This document shows, one piece after another, positions 54,626-64,000 of a stretch of DNA of 64,000 bases; the first letter of the stretch is position 1; each line of letters opens with the position of its first letter. The position numbers and the translations under genes were made by a program. The notes under the pieces are model-generated. The model did not search any database. It worked only from the letters and a program-made list of their open reading frames with translations, and had not been told where the DNA came from. The DNA comes from Octopus vulgaris (taxonomy: Eukaryota), in the NCBI GenBank assembly GCA_951406725.2, contig OX597828.1, forward strand, positions 14,012,001 to 14,076,000, written 5' to 3'.

Positions 54626-56226
54626 TTAAATTAATGGAGAACTAGATAGAATGCAAGCCAACAAAGAAACATTTAAATATTCATAGGTGTAGATGACACA
54701 ACAATCATCATCATCGTTTAATGCTTGTTTCCCATGCTGGCATGGGTTGGATGGTTTGAAAGGAGCAGGCAAGCCACAGAGTTACACCAAGCTCCGAATA
54801 TCTGTTTACGCTTGGTTTCTATGGCTGGATGCCCTTCCTAATGCCAACCACATTACAGAATGTGCTGGGTGTGTTTTTACATGGCACCAGCACCATTGGT
54901 TTTTTTATGTGACACCAGCACCAGTGCTTTTTACATGGTACCAGTACGGGTGCTTTTTATGTGGTACCAGCATGGTATGTATGAAGATATTTTAATCTTC
55001 TATATTGTGTGTGTGTGTATTACAAGGTAAAGTCTGTCTGAAGCCATGAGGAATATTAGATCAGATAGGTTATACAAGTTTCTGAGATATTTAAGTAAGA
55101 GAGACTACAAAGCTCCCCTACCCACAAAACAGAATATCATTCCAGAATAATAAGGTCAATCCTCATCTGCTGCTATTGCTAGTATTCATATTTAGCTGGG
55201 ATGCCTGGAGTAGCAGAAAATGAAGTGACTTGCCTGAGGAGATGTGTTGTCCAATCTGGTAATCAAACCTTACGATTCTGTGGTAACACACTAAACATTA
55301 GGTCATGTGCCTTCGTAAATGTGTTTGTGGCATGTATAGTGTATATATGTATACTCACACACACACACACACACAATAGACACAGGCATACCTGTGTAGG
55401 TAATAAGATTGTTCTACATGCCACATTGGGCAAGTGATTTGTGAATGAACTTTGTAAGCGTAAAGTGTGTGGAGGCTCAATGTGTATATATAAGTATGTC
55501 TGTGTGTGTAAATAGAAAGAAAGAAGGAAGGAAGGAAGGAAGAAAGGAAAAAAGAAAGATAGATAGACAGATATATTAACCACTCTTCAAAGAGAGGTCA
55601 TAGGATACTAGCCATTAGGGTAACCCTATGAACTGGCAATAACTGTCTTTATCAAAATACTCTATGCTCTATAACTTAGTGTGCTTTCTTTAGGATTCAT
55701 GATAATGATGATATGGTGTGTGTGTGTGTGTGTGTGGTACATGTTAGGCATAGCTAGGTAGATATGGACTTCACACATAACACACACACAATCAGGTTTT
55801 ATTTCACAGGCATACCTGTGTAGGTAATAAGATTGTTCTACGTGCCACATTGGGCAAGTGATTTGTGAATGAACTTTGTAAGCGTAAAGTGTGTGGAGGC
55901 TCAATGTGTATACATACACACACATATATGCATGTGGGTAGGTGAAAGAGAGAAAGAGAAAGAGAGAGTATGTGTATGTTTGCAGGAGTGTTGACATTCT
56001 ATATCTTTTGTAAGACACCATCTAAGCAAAATGGTAATGTCATGTTTACATTCTTTGAGGCTCGGTATTTTCAGTGACCAGTGGAAAAAATATCTTTTAC
56101 TCAAGAAATAGGTAAGCGCTGGCAAAAAGCAAGGGTCAGTTTTATACTACATCTATACACTATACGTAGCCAGCAGCTATACACCCTATGCCCATTTAGT
56201 TAACATCTACACTTTGTAACACTACA

Positions 56227-57361
56227 CAGGGTGGGCCAAAAGTCATGCGCAAAATAAGTTCAATATGTTCTGGAACTGTCAGACACATGCTCTAAGTTTT
56301 GTAAAATTGAATAAAATAAAATTATGGCGAATACTCACATACTTGTACATGATGAACAGAATGAGTAATAATAATAATAACCTTTTCTACTCTAGGCACA
56401 AGGCCTGAAATTTTGGGGGAGGGGGGGCAGTCGATAAGATTGACCCCAGTACACAACTGGTACTTAATTTATCAACCCCGAAAAGATGAAAGACAAAGTC
56501 GACCTTAGTGGAATTTGAACTCAGAATGTAAAGACAGACGAAATACCGCTAAACATTTCACCTGGCATGCTAACGTTTCTGCCGCCTTAATAATACTAAT
56601 ATTATTATTATTAATAATAATAATAATCTTTTCTATTAAAGGCACAAGGCCTGAAATTTGGTGGGAAGTGAATAGTCAATTACATCAACCCCAATCTTTC
56701 ACTGGTGCTTAATTTATTGACCCTGAAAGGATGAAAAACAAAGTCAACTTTGGTGGAATTTGAACTCAGAATGTAACAGGCAAAATACCACTAAGCATTT
56801 TGTGCAGTATTCTAACAATTCAGCCAGCTTGCTGCCTTAATAATGATATTGATAATAATAATCCTTTCTACTAAAGAGACAAGGCCTGAAATTTCTGTGG
56901 AAGGGGTCAAGTTGATTATATCGACCCCAGTGCTCAACTGGTGCTTATTCTATCAACCCCAAAAGGATGAAAGGAAAAGTCGACCTCAGTGGAATTTGAA
57001 CTCAGAACGCAGCAACAGGTAAATTACTGCTAAGCATTTCGCCCGATGTGCTAACAATTCTACCAACAATAACAAGGCGGCAAGCTGGCAGAAACGTTAG
57101 CACGCCAGGTAAAATGCTTAGCAGTATTTTGTCTGCCGTTACATTCTGAGTTCAAATTCCGCCGAGGTCAACTTTGCATTTCATCCTTTCGGGGTCAATA
57201 AATTAAGTACCAGCCGAGCACTGGGGTCAATGTAATCGACTTAATCCCTTTATCTGTCCTTGTTTGTCCCCTCTATGTTTAGCCCCTTGTGGGCAATAAA
57301 AAAATAAAAATAACAACAATATAATATAAATGTATTGGCGTTTGACTTTTGGCCCACACTG
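56227..57361. mobile_element. Tc1-like MITE interrupted by four SINE A copies
   Basis: TIRs CAGGGTGGGCCAAAAGTCA / TGACTTTTGGCCCACACTG, TA on the right flank. Confidence 0.7.
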
Positions 57362-57425
57362 TACAATCACCCTGTACTGTATACTGCTACCTGACAAAAA
57401 GTGAAAAATTACTTATGTTACTTAC

Positions 57426-57656
57426 CCATCATCACAAGGTATGTTTGTATTAATATCAAAAGCCTGGTTACAAATGGGTTCTCCAGTTGGCACAGTGGTG
57501 CTCGCTTGTCCTGGAATCGACTCATGCAATACACGCTTTCTCCAATAGTCTTGACGAGCTCGAGATTCCCGCTTTTTAATGCGCCAATATTCTCTCATCC
57601 ATTCTTTGGGCTTTTTGTTAGCGCCATGTCCCCGAACACTACGGCAATGCTTTAAC
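57426..57656 (-). CDS. BTB gene exon (basic helix; absent from the ORF track)
   Basis: ttttcaaag acceptor, gtaagt donor; 231 nt, phase 2-2, open: LKHCRSVRGHGANKKPKEWMREYWRIKKRESRARQDYWRKR...IPCDD. Confidence 0.82.
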
Positions 57657-58528
57657 CTTTGAAAATCAAATAAAAAATGATATATGTAAAATCGAATTCA
57701 GTTTTCACCCAGCTATGAATTTGTCAACGGAATGCCTGAAGATTCATTTGGATTTTGATTACAATGTTTTTAAAAATCTAAGAATGTAAGAACAGTTGTG
57801 GGGAAGCAGAGTGCAATACTAAATATAATTAACTGGCACTTTGTCAATTATGCTAACGAGTGTTCCAGTTGATCCGATCAATAGAACAGTTTGCTCATGA
57901 AATTAAAATGCAAGTGGCTGAGCACTCCACCAACATGTGTACCCTTAATGTAGTTCTCAAGGAGATTCAGTGTGACACAGAATGTGACAAGGCTGGCCCT
58001 TTGAAATACAGGTACAACTGATTTTTGCCAACTGGGTGGAGTGGAGCAATGTGAAATAAAGTGTCTTGCTCAAGGACACAACATGTCGCCAGGAATTGAA
58101 CTCATGCCCTTATGATTGTGATCCGAATATGCCTAACCACTATGCCACATGCCTTCACTAAATATACTCTACGTAATTGATTATTAGCTACAGAAGCAGT
58201 ATTAATAACAAAAGATAACGAAGTAATCACTGTTCTGACAAGGCAATCCATGTTACGTTAGATATGAAGATATTCTTTTACTCGTTCCAGTCATTTGGTT
58301 GTGGCCATGCTGGGGCACTGCCTTGGAGGGTTTTAGTTGAACAATCGTCCACAGGACTCGTTATTTTAAGCCTAGACCTTATTCTATCAGTCTCTTATGC
58401 TGAACCACTAAGTTACAGGGATGTAAAGACACCAGCACAAGTTGTCAAGCAATGATAGGGGGGGGGCAACAAAGACACAAAGACACATATAGATATAGAC
58501 ACACACGCACGCATACATGCATGCACAC

Positions 58529-58570
<42 letters not shown>

Positions 58571-60362
58571 GACAGGCTTCTTTCAATTTATGTCTACCCA
58601 CTTCACTCACACAACTTTGGTCAGTCTGAGGTGATAGTAGGAGACACTTGACCAAGATGTCACACAGTGGGACTGAAACCTGAACTATATGGTTGCGAAG
58701 CAAGCTTCTTACCACACAGTCATGACTGCACCTATATACTCTACATGATTTTAAGGTTTTTGTTTTTTCTAAGGGCAGTAGGAATAAGGAAGGCATATGG
58801 TGAAGGTAATACTCTCACAATTGGAAGATGTACTTTTGATTCACAGACTGAGTAAGGGAATTTGGTTCTTGAGTAAATCGTTTCACATTGCTCCAGCCCA
58901 CTCAGTAATATGAATTCCAGCAATATATGTGAAGTTTACCCTTCTGGGGTGAATGCTGAAATCTCAGTTAATTATATGCCATGGAAACAGGGTCTGGTCT
59001 TATGAGTCCTGGGGTGTCATAAACAGACTTAGGAAGAAATAGGAGAAAAATTGAAATGAAATGGTAACAACCAGGAATTAAAGTCTGGTTACAAACTCAG
59101 TTCACCAGGACCTTATAAAGTCCTTATGAGGTTGCTCAATCTACTAGAAATAGTAACCAAATTCTCTCAAGTCACACTCTATCATCATCAAAAGAAAAGA
59201 CATGCTGGATAATGAAGTTCTAGATAAAATATGAAAAAAGAAGGGGGGAAACAAAATGGTCATGACTGGAATGCCTTTGATCATAGGTCAGTTAAATCAA
59301 GCCTACTTGGGGCTAAATTAGAATAATAACAAACATTCTATGATCAACAATATGTGTACAGATAAAGAGCTCTGATTAAGCCTACTTTTACTGTGGTAAC
59401 AACCAAAATATACAGATATATAGATATATAATCTGTGAAAGTGCATGGCTTAGTGGTTAGGGTGTTGAATTCATGATCATAAGATTGTGGTTTCAATTCC
59501 TGGACTGGGTGATGCATTGTGTTCTTGAACAAAGCACTTCATTTCACATTGCTCCGGTCCACTCAGCTGGTGAAAATGAGTCATCCTGCTATGGAGCAGC
59601 ATCCTATCCAGGAAGGAATATATATGCCAGAAAAAAGAGGAAACCTGCTCTATGCTCCTTACAGAGTAATGCGGGCTAGCCATTGATATGAACTGAACAG
59701 TTGAGAGAACATAACATATCCAAACTGAAAAACAGGACTCTACATGATTCATATCTGAATGGTTGGGTGTGAAGTTGTGGCCCTCCATCTAGTAGAAGCA
59801 TAGGATATCCTGTACAACAGATCTATGGGCCACACTTAGTCGCTCAGACGACTACTTCATCATCATCATCATCATTTAGCGTCTGCTTTCCATGCTAACA
59901 TGGATTGGACGGTTCAACTGGGGTCTGGGAAGCCAGAAGGCTGCACCAGGCCCAGTCTGATCTGGCAATGCTTCTATGACTGGATGCCCTTCCTAACGCC
60001 AATACTTACATTCTGAAATTCTCTTAGGATTGTTGAGGCATGCAAGCCACCACACAACAAGGATTGGACCTTGTGGCAGAACAATGACCATAGTCAACGA
60101 TGTCGGCTTCATTTTTAAAACATCATCATCAGCATCGTTTAACATCCACATTCCATGCTGGTATGGGTTGGACAGTTTGACATGAAGCTGGCTAGCAGGG
60201 AGCTGTGCAAACACCAACTATCTGTTATGGCAGGGTTTCTTACGGCTGGATGCCCTTCCTAATCCATAATAAATACTACTCAATGTTTTTTTTGTTTTTT
60301 GTTTTTTTGACAGCAACAACAGAAAATGCAAAAATGAAAAAAAAGCAATGGCAGTTACTCAC

Positions 60363-60434
60363 CTATTTTTGATTTTTGGAACAAACTTGGTTGGGTTTTC
60401 TTGTAGCTCATTTGTAGTATTCATGATATTGTAC
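60363..60434 (-). CDS. BTB gene 72-nt exon
   Basis: gttttag acceptor, gtgagt donor; phase 2-2, open: YNIMNTTNELQENPTKFVPKIKN. Confidence 0.75.
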
Positions 60435-60490
60435 CTAAAACTAAGATAATTAATAATCAAAATAAGAGCAACAGAAATATATAATATCTA

Positions 60491-60658
60491 CAGTAGTGGC
60501 CAAAAGTTTGGAACATATGTGTGAAAATTAGAATTGAGCCATTGGATCAGTTATTAGGTAAGTATATCTCTACACTGTATATATTTGGATTGAATTGTAC
60601 TTGGGCATAACAATTTTAATTTAAAAAAAAAAATGTTCCAAACTTTTGGCCATAACTG
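60491..60658. mobile_element. 168-bp Tc1/mariner MITE
   Basis: TIR CAGTAGTGGCCAAAAGTTTGGAACAT / ATGTTCCAAACTTTTGGCCATAACTG; TA TSD. Confidence 0.85.
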
Positions 60659-61581
60659 TATATATAATATAAGGTGGTAGGCTGGCAGAATCATTAGCAT
60701 GCCAGGCAAAATGCTTAGTGACATTTCATCTATCTTTACATTCTGAGTTCAAATTCTGCCGGGGTTGACTTTGCCTTTCATCCTTTTGGGGTCGATAAAA
60801 TAAGTACCAGTTGAGTACTGGAGTCAATGTGATTGACTGTCCTCCTCACCCCAAAATCCAAGCTGTGTGCCCATAGTAGAAAGGATTATTACTAAATGCT
60901 TAGTGGCATTTTGTCCATCTGCACATTCTGAGTTTAAATTCTACCAAGGTCAACTTTGCCTTTCATCCTTTCAAGGGCTCGATAAAATAAGTACCAGTTG
61001 AGTACTGGGGTTGATGTAATCAACTTACCCACCTCTATTGAAACTGCTGGCCTTGTGCCAAAATTTGAAATCAATATGTTGCAGACATGGCTGTGTGGTT
61101 AGGAAGCTTGCTTCCCAGCCACATGGTTTTCGGGTTCAGTCCCACTATGTGGTACCTTGGGCAAGTGGCTTCTGCTACAGCCTCAGGCCAACCGAAGCCA
61201 TGAGAGTGAATTTGGTAGGTGGAAGTTTTGGTTGTATGTGTACATGTGCAAGTGTTTGTACCTCCTAACAGAAAACAGAGAGGAGGGAATGTATAATATG
61301 TATATATTAACATAGGTGCAAGCATGGCTATGTGATTAAGAAACCTGCATTGCAAACATGTAGTTTGGGGTTCAGTCCCACTGCTTGGCACCTTGGGCAA
61401 ATGTATTCTACAACAGCCCCATGGTGAGTGATTTTGGCAGATGAAACTGTGTGGAAGCCTATTGTATATATATATATGTATGTGTGCATGCATGTCTGGT
61501 TGTACTTGTGCTTGCCCCACCACCACTGCCTATCAGTGTTGGTTTGTTTGCATCCTTGTAACTTAGTATTTTATCAAATGG

Positions 61582-61982
61582 ATGATATAACACTCCACCC
61601 AATACCTTCTGCACACCAGAAATATTGGAGTCTGATGTCACACTCAACTCCATATCTTCAACATACCAGAGATATTGGTGTCTGATATCACACTCCACTC
61701 CACATCTTCAACACACCAGTGATACTGGAGTCTGCTATCTCACTCCACTTAATATCTTCAACACACCAGTGATACTAAAATCTGATATCACACTCCACTC
61801 CATATCTTCAACACACCAATTATACTGGAGTCTGATATCAAACTCCACTCCATATCTTCAACACACCAATGATACTGGAGTCTGCTATCACACTCCACTT
61901 AATATCTTCAACACACCAGAGATACTAAAATCTGATATCATACTCCACTCCATATCTTCAAAACACCAATAATACTGGAGAT
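61582..61982. repeat. 50-bp minisatellite, about eight copies, intronic
   Basis: CTGATATCACACTCCACTCCATATCTTCAACACACCAGTGATACTGGAGT units at 61632, 61682, 61732 and onward. Confidence 0.9.
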
Positions 61983-62151
61983 TGGACATAATGCTACACG
62001 ACAAATCTTCAGATATCTTCAGAGATATTGGTGCCTGGTATCTGCAAATCTTCAAATACCAGAGATGGTGGTGAGATAAAGTCATCTGGACAGACAGTTC
62101 TGGTTAAAACAAGAGCAACAGAAATTAAAATGGTTAGCAACAATACTTTAC

Positions 62152-62415
62152 TTTTGATCTGGGAGTTCAAAATCCTGAACTTCTTCCACTGAAATTACCA
62201 GAGGTGCTTCACAGGATGCTGGCATATTGCTGATGTTGGCAGAGGTAAGTTGCTGCTGTTGGTGTTCTTGCTGTTGCTGTTGGTGTTCTTGCTGTTGCTG
62301 TTGTTGATGCTGTTGCTGTTGTTGTTGCTGCTGTTGCTCTTCCGATAAGCCTTGACTGGTTATCTCATTACATTCGATGCTAATTGAAGGATTTGTCACA
62401 AGTTCGTTTTCATCG
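62152..62415 (-). CDS. BTB gene exon with poly-Gln tract (5'-most supported exon)
   Basis: atttccttaag acceptor, gtaaagt donor; 264 nt, phase 2-2; DENELVTNPSISIECNEITSQGLSEEQQQ...EVQDFELPDQ. Confidence 0.75.
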
Positions 62416-63496
62416 CTTAAGGAAATAATGGAAACATAGAAACATATTCAGAAAGAAGCTTCTTTAAACAATTACAATTCCAACATGCATACACATATCA
62501 TCATCATCATCGTATAACGTCCGTTTTCCATGCTAGCATGGGTTGGACGGTTTGACCAGGGTCTGGGAAGCCAGCTGGATGCCCTTCCTAACGCCAACCA
62601 CTCTGTGAGTGTAGTGGATGCTTTTTACGTGCCACCTGCACAGGTGCCAGGGGAGGCTGGCAGCAGTCACGATCAGTTGGTGCCTTTTTACGTGCCACCG
62701 GCACGGAAGCCAGTCAAGGGGGTGCTGGCATTGGCCACGTTCAGATGGTGCTTTTTACGTACCACCGGCACAGGTGCCAGGGGAGGCTAGTGGCATCCAC
62801 AATCGGTTGGTGCTTTTTACGTGCCACCAGCATGGAAGCCAGTCAAGGGGGTGCTGGCATTGGCCACGTTCAGATGGTGCTTTTTACGTGCCACCAGCAC
62901 AGGTATCACAACTACAATTTCCATTTGATTTTTATTTTGATGTTGATGCAATTGACTCAATAAGTCTCCTCAAGCACAGCAAGTCGCCCTAGATACACAC
63001 ACACACACACATGTACATATATATATCAATATTCATATACATGCATATACAAATACCCCAACATATATCTATGTTTGTGCCTGTATACATACACATATAT
63101 TCATATACACATATGTACTTATGTACCTCATACACACATACATATATAAAGACCCCCCCACCACCAAATTAGACAGTTTTAATCTCATTCTCATCGATGT
63201 CAACTTCAAATTCATCATTGTCAACATAGGATGGAGCAGATTCATTTTGATAAACAAACATTATTATCGGTGATTACTTGTCACAGAATTAATTGGGAAA
63301 AAGAAAAACATAAACATTAAAAAGTTTAGTGAAACACAAGTGTGACTATGTGGTTGAGAAGTTTGCTTCCCAACCACATGGTTCCATGTTCAGTCCCACT
63401 GTGTGGCACCTTGGGCAAGTGTCTTTTGCCATAGCCTCGGGCTCACCAAAGCTTTGTGAGTGGATTTGGCAGATAGAAACTGAAAAGAAACCCATC

Positions 63497-63540
<44 letters not shown>

Positions 63541-63677
63541 TGTGTGGTGTGTGTGTGTGGTGTGTGTGTGTGGTGTGTGTGTGTCTTTGTATCTCAGTCA
63601 ACCACTGCTTGACATACGGTGTTGGTCTGTTTATATTCCCTTGAAAAAAAGTTTGATAAAATATGTAGCAAGCTTAG

Positions 63678-64000
63678 GAACAGGAGTGGCTGTGTGGTAA
63701 GTGGCTATAGGCATAGGAGTGGCTGTGTGGTAAGTAGCTATAGGCATAGGAGTGGCTGTGTGGTAAGTAGCTTATAGGCACAGGAGTGGCTATAGGCATA
63801 GGAGTGGCTGTGTGGTAAGTAGCTTATAGGCACAGGAGTGGCTGTGTGGTAAGTGGCTATAGGCATAGGAGTAGCTGTGTGGTAAGTAGCTTATAGGCAC
63901 AGGAGTGGCTGTGTGGTAAGTGGCTATAGGCATAGGAGTGGCTGTGTGGTAAGTAGCTTATAGGCACAGGAGTGGCTGTGTGGTAAGTAGCTATAGGCAT
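63678..64000 (+). repeat. 33-34 bp tandem array of the SINE B 5' head
   Basis: ATAGGCAYAGGAGTGGCTGTGTGGTAAGTAGC(T) repeated about ten times to the window end. Confidence 0.9.

Noticed and set aside
61582-61982. Possible CRISPR-like array (also 50440-51000 and 63678-64000)
   Set aside because: Units are contiguous tandem repeats without unique spacers; eukaryotic context and no cas genes
63170-63275. Possible further upstream exon (MFVYQNESAPSYVDNDEFEVDIDENEIKTV*)
   Set aside because: The protein-like frame ends in a stop and I found no convincing phase-2 donor to join 62415; left unannotated

Overview
Repeat-saturated, AT-rich animal genomic DNA; the SINE/LINE/microsatellite repertoire looks like Octopus or another cephalopod (inference). 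Most ORFs in the supplied track are microsatellite artefacts. The only host gene I can support is a 5'-incomplete, minus-strand, five-exon BTB/POZ gene (62415 to 49534) whose splice phases are mutually consistent. Mobile DNA includes one near-full-length and two partial mariner elements, a hAT transposase relic, hAT/Tc1/Merlin-like/piggyBac-like MITEs, non-autonomous Helitrons, RLE-type (R4/Dong-like) LINE relics, four abundant SINE-like families and Penelope-like (GIY-YIG) elements. The most striking signal is about 17 type I hammerhead-ribozyme-like motifs from several unrelated families. Almost all sit in short elements lodged in (TA)n tracts, often with fold-back architecture. They include a non-coding 491-nt retrozyme-like tandem unit (30451-31440) and core variants that covary the 3-8 tertiary pair (C-G, U-A, A-U). 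SINE copies also switch from CpG-intact to CpG-decayed at about 45.3 kb, consistent with gene-body methylation.
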